From the NCBI RefSeq assembly GCF_009914755.1, contig NC_060947.1: a DNA stretch of 64,000 bases; one strand, 5' to 3'. This document shows, one piece after another, positions 18,310-60,545 of the stretch. Made by a program: the position numbers and the translations under genes. Within the stretch, counting starts at the first letter, position 1; each line of letters begins with the position of its first letter. This DNA is from the human T2T-CHM13v2.0 reference genome, Homo sapiens. The notes beneath the pieces were generated by a model. The model saw only the letters and a program-made list of their open reading frames with translations. It made no database searches and was not told the origin of the DNA.

Positions 18310-18703
18310 TGAGCAGAATTAAATAGCTGCAGGCCGGGCACAGTGGCTCACGCCTATAATCCCAGCACTTTGGGAGGCCAAGGTGGGCAGATCACTTGAG
18401 GTCAGGAGTTCAAGACCAGCCCAGCCAACATGGAGAAACCCTGTCTCCACTAAAAACACAAAAATTAGCTGGGTGTGGTGGCGCATGCCTGTAATCCTAG
18501 CTACTCAGGAGGCTGAGGCAGGAGAATTGCTTGAGCCCAGGAGGCAGAGGTTACAGTGAGGCAAGATTGCACCACTGCACTCCAGCCTGGGCAACAGAGT
18601 GAGACTCCATCTCAAATAGAAATAAAAATAAAAATTAAAAATTAAAAAGTAAACAGCTGCAAAGCAGGCTGGAGTGCTTCTGAAGAGGACAATGAGGCTA
18701 TCA

Positions 18704-19056
18704 CTATGACCTTAATATTTGCATCCTCCTGACCCCCAAAAATTCATCTGTTGAAATCCTAATCACAAGGTAATGGAATTAGGAAGTGTGGCCTTTTAGA
18801 AGGTGATTGAGTGATTAGGGACTAGTGCCCTTATGAAACAGGCCCAAGGAAGCTTGTTGGCCCCTTCCATCATATGTGGACACAGTGAGAAGGTGCCATC
18901 TGTGAACAAGAAAGCAGGTCCTCACCAGACACTGAATCTGCTGATGCCTTGGTCTTGGACTTCCCAGCCTCCAGAACCATGAGAAATGCATTTCTGTTGT
19001 TTACAAGCCACCTACTTTGTGGCAGTTGGTTACAGTAGCCCAAACAGACTTAGACA
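18704..19056 (+). mobile_element. MaLR LTR (MST/MLT1A-type)
   Basis: cccccaaaaattcat.tgttgaaatcctaat...ggacttcccagcctccagaaccatgagaaat...cagacttagaca. Confidence 0.85.
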
Positions 19057-19059
19057 GCC

Positions 19060-19525
19060 CTTAGAGTCAGCAGGGCCCCACTGCTATGGCCTCCTCAGAG
19101 TGCACTGGATTTTGCTAATAGGTTTGTAGCCACCTCCACAGCAGCATTTTTTTTGACTTGAAGTCTAGGACAAGGTTACCAAAGCATTCTGAGATGACAG
19201 GTCAGGCCAGGAGAGAACTGTAAGCAAGAGCCCAAGAGAGACAAAAATGGTTCCAGCTCTACACCTCTCCTAGGCCACTCGCAAAATCCAGAACCCAGTT
19301 TCCATGAGGTGGGCATGGAAGAGACAAAGGTAGAGTGGAAAGAATTCCTTGTGTGGTTTGGGTCTCTTACGGCCAGTCTGGGCCTCTTCCTCTTCCCTTT
19401 GACTGCATAATTAAACATTTTATCCAAATGGGAAATGCTTTTTGGACAATTGCCACATTTAGAGACTATATTGCCTGTTTTAGATATATACTTTACTAGG
19501 AGCTAAACCTTGGTGATCCAGTTAT
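19060..19525 (-). pseudogene. Probable integrase-region remnant of the ancient class III ERV
   Basis: Minus strand encodes YLKQAI*SLNVAIVQK (~19440-19490), resembling the ERVL IN core helix; position is colinear between RT and env. Confidence 0.5.
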
Positions 19526-19694
19526 CTTTTTTTTTTTTTTTTTTTGAGACAGGGTCTTGCTCTGTTGCTTAGGCTGGAGTGCAGTGGCACAATCATGGCT
19601 CACTGCAGCCTTGACCTCCAGGATTCAAGTGATCCTGCCTCCTCAGCCTCCTGAGTAGCTGGGACCACAGGTATGTGCCACCACGTCCAGCTAA

Positions 19695-19922
<228 letters not shown>

Positions 19923-20159
19923 TAGCCAGGATGGTCTCCATCTCCTGACCTCGTGATCTGCCCACCTCAGCCTCCCAAAGTGCTGGGATTACAGGCGTGA
20001 GCCACCGCGCCTGGCCTTTTTTTTTTTTTTTTTTTTTGTACAGATTAGGTCTCCCTATGTTGCCCAGGGTGGTCTCAAACTCCTGAGCTCAAGTGATCCT
20101 CCTGCCTCAGTCTCCCAAAGTGCTGGGATTACAAGTGGGAGCCACCACTCACTGCCTTT

Positions 20160-22490
<2,331 letters not shown>

Positions 22491-22529
22491 TTTTATTCCA
22501 ATAAAACTTTATTTACAAAAGCAGCAGTC

Positions 22530-24518
<1,989 letters not shown>

Positions 24519-24520
<2 letters not shown>

Positions 24521-24635
24521 AGAAGAAGAAGGAGAAGAAGAAGAAGAAGAAGAAGAAGAAGAAGAAGAAAGAGGAGAAGGAGAGGAGGAGGAGGAGGAGG
24601 AGGAGGAGGAAAAAGGGGAAGGGGAAGAAGAAGAA
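24519..24635 (+). repeat. (GAA)n/(GGA)n polypurine tract in an Alu tail
   Basis: Pure purine run gaagaagaag...gaggaggagg. Confidence 0.95.
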
Positions 24636-24812
24636 ACAATATGGTTAATTTTAGGCCAGAGTCACATAGCTAGCACATATCTCCATGACTAAACCATATC
24701 AATTCTAAATCCCTTTTATATATCTCCTCATCAAATGAAAATAATCTCTTTGATGCTTTTTCCCCTGGATAAAACCTTTAGATGGAAGATCACACATGGC
24801 CAGAAATTCAAG

Positions 24813-25624
<812 letters not shown>

Positions 25625-25726
25625 TAAGCAACCTGTTGGCCTTTGTTATATACACAGCAAGTTTGTTGTCAAGCCCTTTTGTATCTTCATATGTTGTGTA
25701 TCAAATCTTTTTTTTTTTTTTTTTGA

Positions 25727-25882
<156 letters not shown>

Positions 25883-26040
25883 TAATAGAAACGGGGTTTC
25901 ACCATGCTGGCTAGGCTGGTCTCTAAGTCCTGACCTCAGGTGATCCGCCCACCTCAGCCTCCCAAAGTGCTGGGATTACAAGCCTGAGCCACCGCGCCCA
26001 GCCCATATGTATCAATTCTGACATTTACCTTTCTTCCCCT

Positions 26041-26422
26041 TGTGAAAGGAAACTAAAAACGCAGGACCCCAATTCACTCTGCCAAAAGGAAAAAATTAAG
26101 CTGAAAGCTGAGTCATGCAACTAGCTGTCTTTCCTTTTGTTCCTAAGCCAATAGCTACAGATAAAAGGTTAAATATCTGTAGGGGTAGCTACTCTGTGCT
26201 CCCTTATCTTATGTAAAGTGATTTACTGAGTGCAAGATGAATACATAATTGACTCTTCCTCTACCTGCTCCTTTCCTCTTGCAACATGTGGATGACCCAT
26301 ACCCTCCTCCCTCTTTCCCCTCCGCCCCCTTTTCCACTTTAAATATCGAAGCCTTCAAAATCATCTTTGGAGAAAGGCACAGATGTGTCTCGTGGGCATT
26401 GTCCTTAACCTTGGCAAGTAAA
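26041..26422 (+). mobile_element. MER4-family LTR
   Basis: tgtgaaaggaaa...ggaccccaattcact.tgccaaaaggaaaaaattaagctgaaagctgagtcatgcaa. Confidence 0.8.
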
Positions 26423-26983
26423 CTTTTTTTTTTTTTTCTTTTTGAGACGGACTCTTGCTCCGTCGCCCAGGCCAGAGTGCAGTGGCACGATCTCGGGTCA
26501 CTGCAACCTCCCCCTCCCAGGTTCAAGCGATTCTCATGCCAGCAGATGGCTAGGGAGTAAGACTCGAGAAATGACATGGTGCTGAGCCCTGTGGGTTTTC
26601 TTACGTATCCAAGACCAGGTGCTGGAGAAACCAGCAACCCAGAACACCAAGCGGTGCAGACAAAAAAGACCCAGGAAAGCCTGGCAGGCACGGTGGTGCG
26701 CACTTGTAGTCCCAGCTATCCAGGAGGCTGAGGCGTGAGGTTCGATTGAGCCTAGGAGTTCAAATCCTACATGGGCAACATAGTGAGACCCCCATCTCTA
26801 AACAAACAAAGACCCAGAGACCCAGGGAAACCTCTTTCCCTTAGCCAAAGGACCAGGTAAGGAAGGGGAAGCCTCGTAAGAGAGTGTAAACCAAAAAGTA
26901 TCTCAGACAGGTCTCAATCAATTTCGAAGCTTACTTTGCCAAGGTTGGAAAAAAAAATCATGTACATTTAAAGTAACTAGTAA

Positions 26984-27151
<168 letters not shown>

Positions 27152-27659
27152 TAATTTTTGTATTTTTAGTAGAGACAGGGTCTCCCCACGTTGGCCAGGC
27201 TGGTCTGGAACTCCTGACCTCAGATGATCCACCCTCCTCAGCCTCCCACAGTGCTGGGATTACAGGCGTGAGCCACTGCGCCTGGCCAAAAGTATCCCAG
27301 AGAGGTCTCAATCAATTTTGAAGTTTACTTTGCCAAGGTTGGCCAGGCATGATGGTTCATGCCTGTAATCTCAGCACTTTGGGAGGCCGAGGCGGGCAGA
27401 TCACCTAAGGTCAGGAGCTCAAGACCAGCCTGGCCAACATGGTGAAACCCCCTCTCTACTAAAAATACAAAATTAGCCAGGTGAGGTGGTGCACACATGT
27501 AATCCCAGCGACTGAAGGCTGAGGCGGAGGTTGCAGTGAGCCGACATTGCGCCACTGCACTGCAGCCTGGGTGACAGAACGAGATTGCATCTCAAAACAA
27601 CAAACAAACAAAAAAAGTGCATGTTAAGTAATTAGTAATATGTTTAGGCTTGTATCTGC

Positions 27660-28960
<1,301 letters not shown>

Positions 28961-29098
28961 ATTTTATTATTTTTTTCTGTTTGTTCCCTCTGATTCTCAT
29001 TTCTTTGTTTCTCTCCCTTTGCCTTCCTTGGGGTGGGTACATGACCATTGTTTTTAGAATTCCATTTTGACTTATTTATATAATTTTTGGGCTTATCA

Positions 29099-29508
29099 CT
29101 GCTATGATTTGAATGTTTGTGTCCCTTCCAAAAATTCATGTCTAAACTTGATCCCCAATGCAGCAGTGTTGGGAGGTGGGGTCTTTTGGGATGTGTTTAG
29201 GTCAAGAGGACTCTGCCCTTATGAACAGATTAATACTGTTAGAAAAGGGCTTCATGGAGGGAATACCTCCCTTTTTGCCCTTTCCCCTTTTTTTGCCATG
29301 TGAGGACACAGTGTTCCCCCACTCCAGAGGATGCAGCATTCAAGGCACAATCTTAGAAGCAGAGAGCAGCCCTTCCCAGATGCCAAACCTGCTAGTGACT
29401 GGATCTTGGACTTCTCAGCCTCCAGAACTGTGAGAAATAAAGTTTTGTGTTTTATAAATTATCCAATCTCAGGTATTCTGTTACAGCAGCACAGAATGTA
29501 CTACGACA
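29099..29508 (+). mobile_element. MaLR LTR (MSTB/MSTD-like)
   Basis: tgctatgatttgaatgtttgtgtccc...gacttctcagcctccagaactgtgagaaataaa. Confidence 0.85.
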
Positions 29509-29509
29509 A

Positions 29510-33770
<4,261 letters not shown>

Positions 33771-34019
33771 CGTTTTTGTTTTTGTTTTGAGACGGGTTCT
33801 CACTCTGTTACCCAAGCTGAGTGGAGTGGCACAATCACAGCTCACTGCAGCCTCAACCTCCTGGGGTCAAGCAATCCTCCCGCCTCAGCCTCCGAGTAGC
33901 TGGGACTACAGGCACGCACTACTATGCCCGGCTAAATTTTTATTTTTTGTAGAGATGGGGTCTCACAATTTTGCCCAGGCTGCAAAGTTTTAAACAGAGT
34001 TTTTTTGTGTGTGTGTGGT

Positions 34020-34330
34020 TGCACTGCTGCAAATGGCCCAGGGCACCTCATCAGACTTTCACTTAGTTGATCTGTCTGTGAATCAGATCCTGTTAGCCTC
34101 AGGAATCTCCATGTATCAAGGCAAGTGCCATATGCAAAATCCCAGGGGGCAGCATGGCATAGTGGCAACTTCTTTTTGCCATAGCTTCCAGTCTGCATAA
34201 TTGTCAGTCCCTGGCATTCAAAAGGCCCATTAGGCCTGATCGGCCCAAGTGTGATGGCACTCTGTATAACCCGTTGGATTTTTTTATTCAGAGCACTGCC
34301 ATCTCTATTAGGTTTTTGTTTAATACAGTG
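34020..34330 (-). pseudogene. pol: Class III ERV pol remnant (RT connection/tether)
   Basis: ALNKKIQRVIQSAITLGPIRPNGPFE, a frameshift, then TDNYADWKLWQKE...PLGFCIWHLP; resembles ERVL pol LPLGP...WSLWQ...PLGFW. Confidence 0.75.
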
Positions 34331-34713
34331 ATCTTCTCCACACCCCTCCTCCATCTTGTGTTATTTTACTGATACCTCATGGCTGGGTGGAGGAAGCCAG
34401 GTGGACTCCTGCTTGTGTTCTATCCCACAGCTGCTGTTTTAATTGTAGCATTCCTCCATTGAGAACATCTCATATAATCAGGAGAAGGCAGGGCATAGTG
34501 GCTCATGCCTGTAATGCCAACACTTTGGGAAGCTGGGGTGGGAGAATTGCTTGAATCCAAGAGTTTGACACCAGCCTGGGCAACATAGTGAGACTATGTT
34601 TGTACAGCAAATACAAAAATTAACTGGGCATGATGGTGCACACCTGTAGTCCCAGCTACTCAGGAGGCTGGGCAGGAGGATCGCTTGAGCCTGGGAAGTC
34701 GAGGCTGCAGTGA

Positions 34714-35163
<450 letters not shown>

Positions 35164-35210
35164 TGAGTGTGTGTCCATCAAGTAAAACATAACACAGTTT
35201 GAACAAGTAT

Positions 35211-35900
35211 CCTTCACAGTGGCGAATCCGTGTGGGTCTGCGGCAACCTCAATCCTTGCCTCATAAGAAGAAAGAATTCAACTGAGGGGCATAAAGCAGA
35301 AGGAGAGACTGAGGCAAGTTTTAGAGCAGGAGCAAAAGTTTATTAAAAAGCTCTAGAGCAGGAACAAAAGGAAGTAAAGTGCACTTGGAAGAGGGCAAAG
35401 TGGGTGACTAAAGAGTCAAGTGCATGGTTTGACCTTTGACTTGGGGTTTTATACTTCAGCATGCTTCCAGGGTCTTGCGTCCCTTCTCCCATGATTCTTC
35501 CCTTGGGGTGGGCTGTCCCCATGCACAGTGGCCTGCCAGCACCTAGAAGGGGCCACATGCACACTGTGTTTACTGGAGTTGTACGCAAGCTCACTTGAGG
35601 CATTCTTCCCTTACCAGCCGAAAGGTCAGATACCAGTTAAACTCCGCCTCTTAGTGCGCATGATTGAGCCCATTCGCCCAGCTCCTGGAATCTTATCAGA
35701 AAGCTGCTGTTCACCAGCTTCAGGTGTTTTCTATTTATTGGGAGACCACCTTTCCCTGGTGCCAACCTCAACCAATTACCATTTTAGAAAAACAGTTTAA
35801 CAACCGCCTGACTGTCACCTGATGGTCGCCTGACATTCCTGGGGGTGGGGGTGGGGGCGCTCCTGCCCTGCTCGTGTCTGCCTGACTACCTACTGTAACA
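35211..35900 (-). mobile_element. MER50-like ERV1 solo LTR
   Basis: Minus strand starts TGTTACAGTAGGTAGTCAGGCAGAC; 4-bp TSD GTAT (35207-35210 / 35901-35904). Confidence 0.85.
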
Positions 35901-36257
35901 GTATCAACCATGGTGAGGCACCCCTGAGAACCTGAGAGGGTGTCACAGGTTCGATGTGGTCAATCTATTAGGAGCAGGTGGGGGCCAATGCCTAGTGTAA
36001 TGGGGACTCTGTAACCAAAAGACTAATGGACTAATGGTCTGGCATCCGAATCAGAAATGTAGAGTTCTCTACTTTGTAACAAACAGCATCTTTTCCCCAT
36101 TTTGGCTTCCAGAGAGCTGAGTATTTTGAATCCACCCCTGCAGATTCGCTATAAGAAACTTTACTTGGCAAGCAGGACTCTGGATTTTGTTGGGGTTGAC
36201 CAGCTACCCCTGCTGGTGGAGGCGCGACAACACCTTGGTTCGGGCTGTTGAGACTAA

Positions 36258-36437
<180 letters not shown>

Positions 36438-36857
36438 TAGTAGAAACGGGGTTTCGTCATGTTGACCAGGTTGTTCTTGAACTCCTGACCTCAAGTGATC
36501 CACCCGCCTCATCCTCCCAAAGTGCTAGGATTACAGGTGTGAGCCGCTACACCCAGCCGAGACTAATGCTTTTGAATTGCCACCCAACGGAACATCAGCT
36601 ATGTAGTGAAAGCTCCAGACATCAGAGGGTAGAGGCACTTGCACTGAGAACTCACCCACTGGTGACAAATGGTAGTAGAGTTTTCCCTATGAGTGCTTTT
36701 TACATGTAGCAGTGCCCTAAAAAGAGAAAGAAAGCATGTGTGATCAGACCTGGGCGGTGGGGGGGGGGCAGGGTTGGGGGGTGTCTCCCCATTGCCCTTA
36801 ACTTGGCTTGCAGAGCTCCTCTGTCTTCTCTCCAAAAAGACATTGTGACCTTACTTG

Positions 36858-36875
36858 GCTTCACGTTGGATGCCA
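36858..36875 (-). promoter_or_regulatory. Degenerate primer-binding site, tRNA-Lys
   Basis: TGGCATCCAACGTGAAGC matches TGGCGCCCAACGTGGGGC at 14/18, all mismatches transitions; 3 nt from the LTR end. Confidence 0.75.
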
Positions 36876-36878
36876 ATT

Positions 36879-38614
<1,736 letters not shown>

Positions 38615-38627
38615 ATTTATACAATGA

Positions 38628-44882
<6,255 letters not shown>

Positions 44883-44979
44883 TAAAAGTATGGTCTGCCA
44901 TTGAGATTTTATTAAGTTAACCATGTTCTTAAACTTGGCACAATTCCCATAGGCTCCATCTAGAAAGCTGACAATCTCC

Positions 44980-45930
44980 TTCGGGCAAGCTCACTGGGGA
45001 TTTGCGGTTGTAGACGAGGGGAGTAGGGGGCGATTTCAACGAACATAGCCCTCCCGACAGCGGTGCTACTCGTCCTTCAGCATCCTTTGCCTTAACCTCA
45101 AACAAAATGGCGGCGCCCATACTGTAGCCTTCCTCGGGCGCCGCCATGTTGGATGACGTTTAGCCTCTCCCTCCCCCGAGAGTCAGCTCCTTGTTAGCCA
45201 CGCCCACCCCTGGGCTTGCGTGATTCCCCCTCCCCCGGATGCACTAGGCCTGAATCCCATTCTCCTCACCACACCTGGCCAGGCCTGGGTACGATCCAGT
45301 CTCCAGCACATATGTACTCTGCTGAGCATTCTGTCTCTGATCGTGACCTCCAGGCCTCAGCGTGACCTGCCAAATGTTCCCATGGGAGATCTGAGGCCTG
45401 CATTGCTAGTGCCCCCACTGTAACTAAGGGGCTGGCTTGTTGCTAGGAGTTTCCTTGTAGCTAAATTCCAGTTTAGGAACTTAAGCTGTTTGATTGCAGG
45501 ACAAGACCCTAAATCCCAGGCCTAAGCGTAGTGTTAATGTCAGTCCCTAGACTGATCACCAAGCCCAAGCTTGCGCCCCTCAACCGATTAGACGCCCACC
45601 CACCAAGGGGAATGCCTCATTTGAGTCCACTCTCAGCACTCCCATCGTCACCCCACCCCCGCCAGCATGGCACTCTTGACCCTGTCTGAGCCTCCGTGTG
45701 GCCACCTGGTCCCATTTAGAGGTGGAGAGCAGGTGGTGAGACGCACAAGAGTTTATTCTGAGCTCCTTGCGTTGGCCCCTCGCACACCGCTCAGTAGCTT
45801 TGTCTCGAGGCTTCCTCTGTCCTCGCGTAGTGAGCCGCGAGCAGTGGTCGGCTTCTGCAGTCGGCTTGGGCGGATCATGCAAACTGAGAGGAGAGACATG
45901 GTACCTGCTGGGAGAGCAGCTGGGGGCCGC
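44980..45930. promoter_or_regulatory. CpG-retaining promoter-like region with inverted YY1 motif pair and CRE half-site
   Basis: Local CpG clusters (45000-45180, 45770-45880); CAAAATGGCGGC and GCCGCCATGTTG; TGACG at 45154. Confidence 0.6.
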
Positions 45931-46155
45931 TGAGGAGAAAGGGAAAACAATACAAGGGACAATGAGGGTCAGGACACAAACATCCCTACACACTCTCCTC
46001 AGGCTGTCCCCTTCACCTTAGGACACTGTCCTTCCCTCCTCCTCCCTCCCACACTGCCTCCCAGGCATCCCTCCCTGCTCCTGGGGACAAGCAGGTCCCT
46101 GACATCATTAACCCTTCAGGCCCACGCACAAGTGCCAACCTGTTCTGGCTGCGGT

Positions 46156-46639
<484 letters not shown>

Positions 46640-46819
46640 TCAGGAGGCTGAGGCGGGAGAATCGCTTGAACCCGGGAGGCAGGGGAGGCGGAGGTTGCAG
46701 TGAGCCGAGATCACCCCACTGCTCTCCAGCCTGGGCAACAGAGTGAGACCTCAGGTGTTCCACCCGCCTCAGCCTCCCAAAGTGTTGGGATTACAGGCGT
46801 GAGCCACCACACCTGGCCA

Positions 46820-47031
46820 GCTCACATTTATTTCAGTATTTGATATGAGAAGTGTTTGGGGGTCTTTATTTAGAAGTTTGGTGATATTTTGGTGATCAGA
46901 AATATGCCATAGGAGCTTAACCCTTGTTATGTCAATTAGCCTATGGAAAGATTGGTTTTTGTTATATGTTGTTTCTCTGAAATTCAAAGTTTCCAAGAAC
47001 CTATGGAGAATGTTAAGTGAGGACTTCCTGT
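46820..47031. mobile_element. Tigger-type DNA transposon relic (MER82-like)
   Basis: Terminal aaagtttccaagaacctat...gttaagtgaggactt.ctgta. Confidence 0.7.
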
Positions 47032-47306
47032 ATACCAGATGAGTTGAAGAAAAGAAAATTTCAAGATGTGAGTGAGAAAGCAACTAGGGTTTTACAATGA
47101 GATCTCATCTTTGTACAAAAAAAAAAAAAAAAAAAGCCGGGCCCGGTGGCTCACGCTTGTAATCCCAGCACTTTGGGAGGCTGAGGCAGGCAGATCACCT
47201 GAGGTTGGGAGTTCGAGACCCAGCCTGACCAACATGGAGAAACCCCGTCTCTACTAAAAATACAAAATTAGCCAGGCATGGTGGCACATGCCTGTAATCC
47301 CAGCTA

Positions 47307-47617
<311 letters not shown>

Positions 47618-47827
47618 AAATACAACCCAACCAAAAACAGTTCACATATGTGTTGGTTGTGTGCCCTTGAGAAATTTCCTTAGCTTCTCTGTTTGTCAAC
47701 ACCATGGAGATAATAACAGTATGGGGTTTTTGTAAAATATAGTGTGTATGTAAAGTCCTGGTCCTTGCTTTGTAGTAAATGTTCAATACATGTCAGCAAC
47801 TTATCAGAAAAAGGCATGGAAGGACAT

Positions 47828-48250
47828 TGCCAATCGAGAAAAATGATAAGACAAGTCTCAATCATTTTAGGTTTATTTGCCAAAGCTAAGGAAGTGTGCC
47901 CATGACACAGCCTCAGGAAGTCCTAATGACATGTGCCCAAGGTGATTGGGACACAGCTTGGTTTTATACATTTTAGGGAGACATGAGACATCAGTCAATA
48001 TATGTAAGAAGTACACTAGTTTCATGCAGAAAGACAGGGACAACTCTTGAAGCTGGGAGGGGGCTTCCAGGTCACAGGCAGGTGAGAGAGAAATGGTTGC
48101 ATTCTTTTGGTTTCTGATAAGCCTTTCCAAAGGAGGCAATCAGAATATGCATTAATTTCAGTGAGCAGAGGGATGACTTCGAATAGAATGAGGCAGATTT
48201 GCCCTGAGCAGTTACCAGCTTGAAGGGGCTGAAGATATTTTCCTTTCACA
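47828..48250 (-). mobile_element. MER4A-like solo LTR
   Basis: TG...CA termini, 4-bp TSD ACAT, MER4 motifs (gacacagcctcaggaagtcct.atgacatgtgcccaagg). Confidence 0.88.
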
Positions 48251-48464
48251 ACATAAACCAGGATGCAGAAGCTGGTTACCAGGTGGAAGGAGGAAAGAAA
48301 ACAAAATAACATTAAAATAGATAGCTGTGAAAAATCATTATAATAGCATAAATATTATGATCCACTTTGGTAGAATTACGTGTGTGTGTGTAGTGCTAAC
48401 TGTACAGTGGTAGGATTTCAAGTCATTAATAATTTTTTCTTTTTTTCTTTTTCTTTTTCTTTCT

Positions 48465-50510
<2,046 letters not shown>

Positions 50511-50804
50511 GATTATAACATTATTACTTTTTGAAAAATGCCACCAGTTCATGTATTTAGACAACTTTATCACTATTGCTCAGGGGAAAAGCCTGTCTTG
50601 GTCTAGGAGAATTCCACAGAACATACTTTTATTTGGTAAAGTGGGAAATTCTAGGATCTGGTAGTGCATTAATCTAATTACCAAAATGATACCACTCATA
50701 CCACACTTGGATTAGTAACTTTTCAAATAATTTGGAAACAAACAAAAAAACCATTTAACATTAAAATTGAAAATAATTCCAACTTTGTTTCACTTGAAGA
50801 AGGC

Positions 50805-51492
50805 GGGTCCCAATCCTGTTGTGTTGCCGGTGTCCACGTTCCAGCTTTTTGCTAATCAACAAAGCCATCCTTTCTGTCTCACAAACTGTTCCCTGGACGT
50901 TTCACAATCTTTGTTGCACGCATTAGGGCTTTGTGGGTGATGATAAAAAGGGGATGTTTTGTTTCGTTTTATCATTAGGACCTTTAAAAGAGTAGCAAGT
51001 TATTCTGCTGGACTTCCCAAAATGTAGCTGGGAAGAACAATATAGCCGATCAAAAGCTGAAAATTACTTTCAAGGACTCAGGAAGGGAACGTGTGGTACG
51101 TGCTGCACGGTATCTGTTAAAATAGCCACTGTGCTGAAATCCCTTTGTGGGGAAAGGTAGAGATTTTTACAAATTCAAGACAAAATGTTACTTCTCTGGG
51201 TATGACCACAGTAACAAGGACACAGAAAAATAGGTCAGAACCAGAGGAAAGATGGGGTTATCTGTCCTGAGAATCAAAGCCTCCTATGGATCCTCACTCT
51301 GAGAGTGCCTGGGAATAAGAAGCTGAGTTTCATTGACAGCAGCAGGAAGTGCAGAGTGAGAAAAGCAGGAAGAAAGTTCTAGTAGCCACAGAAGTTAGTT
51401 GCTTTGACCATGGGCATGATACCAGAATTTCAGAAGTGACAGAAAAAGCAGGCAGACAGATGGCAGAGATGTTTGCTGGAACCCTCAAGCCC
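50805..51492 (+). repeat. Duplicated unique segment, copy B (uninterrupted, ancestral-like arrangement)
   Basis: Matches 1216-1283 (inverted) and 224-1160 (direct), with empty Alu sites. Confidence 0.97.
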
Positions 51493-51647
51493 TAAGGAAG
51501 AGTCTTGATTATGTTATCATCACTTCTGAACACTTTAGTGACCATAGCTCTCAGTCTGTGAGGAAAAGCCCTGCTGGCCTTTGAGACTGGTGTGAGGGAC
51601 TGTCCTGCTCTGGGAAATGTGGGAGGGCTAAATCGGAAAAGCCCAGG

Positions 51648-51864
51648 CAGGGTTTCTCTGGGCCACATTGGAAGAAGAATTGTTTTGGGCCACACGTAAA
51701 ATGCACTAATACTAATGATAGCTGATGAGCTAAAAAACAAAACAAAAAAAACAAAAAAAACCCACAAAACATCTCATAATGTTTTATTTTAAGAAAGTGT
51801 TGGGCCACATTCAAAGCCGTTCTGGGTCACATACGACCTGCAGGCCGAGGGTTGCACAAGCTTG
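51648..51864. mobile_element. MER30 (hAT-Charlie) MITE
   Basis: gggccacattggaagaagaattgt.ttgggccacac.taaaat.cactaa.actaatgatagctgatgagctaaaaa. Confidence 0.85.
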
Positions 51865-52246
51865 GCCTAGGGTTTCTTGGTGAGATGAAAGCTGTGATGG
51901 GGCTATTGAAGCCTAAAGCATCATTTTTCACTGTTGTTTTGGAGGGTAACCAATTAGCATTTTCTGCGTGGTTGTTTGGGCATCACAAGAAAAGGGCTTC
52001 TGAGAAAGCCCCGGCTCCTGGGACAACAGCACAGGTCACACCTTCAACCTCCAGCCCCTGCAATGCGCAAGGAGAGAACAATCATGCTTCCTGTGGCCAT
52101 ATTGGCACGATTGTTCCAACACCTTTATCACGGGCCATGGGTCACGGAGGGTCTCGGGCCCTGTCTGGCTCCTTCTTAGAATGCACATTTTCACAGCTCA
52201 TGGGGCAGGTGCTGGTGAAACTGGCCCCTTCCCCAGGGAGCACTGA

Positions 52247-52549
<303 letters not shown>

Positions 52550-53305
52550 TAGTCAGGAGGGTCTCAATCTCTTGACCTCCTGATCCGCCCGCCTCAGCCT
52601 CCCAAAGTGCTGGGATTACAGGCTGAGGCACTGCGCCGGCCTTTTTTTTTTTTTTTTTTAAGAGACATGGTCTGGCTATGTTGCCCAGGCTGGGGCACAG
52701 TGGTGTGACCTTGGCTCACTGCAGCCTTGACCTCCTGGGCTCAGGCAATAATTCTCCCACCTCAGCCTCCAGAGTAGCTGGGACTACAGGCACATGTCAC
52801 CATGGCTGGCTAATTTTTTAATTTTTTGTAGAGACAGGGTCTCACTATGTTACCCAGGCTGGTCTTGAACTCCCCGCCTCAAGGGATTCTCCCATCTAGG
52901 CCTCCCAAATCATTAGGATTACAGTTGTAAGCCACAACACCCAGTCATGGTCTGAATCTGTAACTCACTATCCCAGTTATGACCCCAGGAAGCCTCAGAT
53001 TTGCCATGTTAGAGTCTGTGTGGCCATCTGGTTTCGTGGGGCTGATGAAGATGTTTCTTAGCAGTTCTTAAATTCCCATGATGAGACATTAGCAATTGAG
53101 GCCCTTAAAGAGTTGTCTCCAACAAGCATAAGACAACCCAGTGTCTCACCAAAAAATTTCCCCCAGACTTACTTAAATACAGAAGGTGGCAGGGTACAGT
53201 GGCTCATGCCTGTAATCCTAGCACTTTGGGAGGTCAAGGTGTAAGGATCCCCTGTTCAAGACGAGCCTGGGCAACATAGCAAGACCCCATCTCTACAAAA
53301 AATTA

Positions 53306-53348
<43 letters not shown>

Positions 53349-54089
53349 GTAATTAGCCTGGGCTGCAGTGAGCCATGAAGTGTGGAGACTTACTTGAGGC
53401 TGGGGTGTTGAGGCTGCAATGGGCCATGATCATGCCACTGCATCCAGGCTGGGTGACAGAGGGACACCCTGTCTCAAAATAATAATAATAATAATCTGTA
53501 CATTGTGCCACTGCACTTACTCCTGCCTGGGTACACTCCAGCCTGAGTGACAGAGCAAGACTGTCTCACAGAAAAACCAAAGAAAAAATGCACAAAATAT
53601 GTACAGATTTTTAACAAAATGTGTACAGTTTTTTTTTTTTTTTTGAGACAGGGTATCACTCTGTCACCCAGGCTGCTGAATGGCAAAATCATGGCTCATT
53701 GCAGCCTTGACTTCCCAGCCTTAAGTAATTCTCCCTACCTCAGCCTCCCAAGTATCTGAAACTACAGGAGTGGATCATCGCTAATTTTTGTTTTGTTTTG
53801 TTTTTAGTAGAAACTGGGTTTTGCCATGATGCCCAGGTTGTTCTCGAACTCCTGGGCTCAAGTGATCCGTCCATCCTTGGCCTCTCAAAATGCTGGGATT
53901 ACAGGTGTGGCTAACTTTTTTTTTTTTTACTTTTTGGTAGAGATGGGGTCTTGCTATGTTGCCCAGGATGGTCTTGAACTCAATCGATGCTCCCACCTTG
54001 GCCTCCCAAAGTGCTGAGATTACTGGCATGAGCCACTGTGCCCAGCCCATGTATAGAATTTTTAAAAAATGTATTATTTATTATTATTT

Positions 54090-60545
<6,456 letters not shown>

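Noticed and set aside
45405-45425. CTCF-like motif ctagtgcccccactg
   Set aside because: Only half of the core matches, too weak to call without ChIP data.
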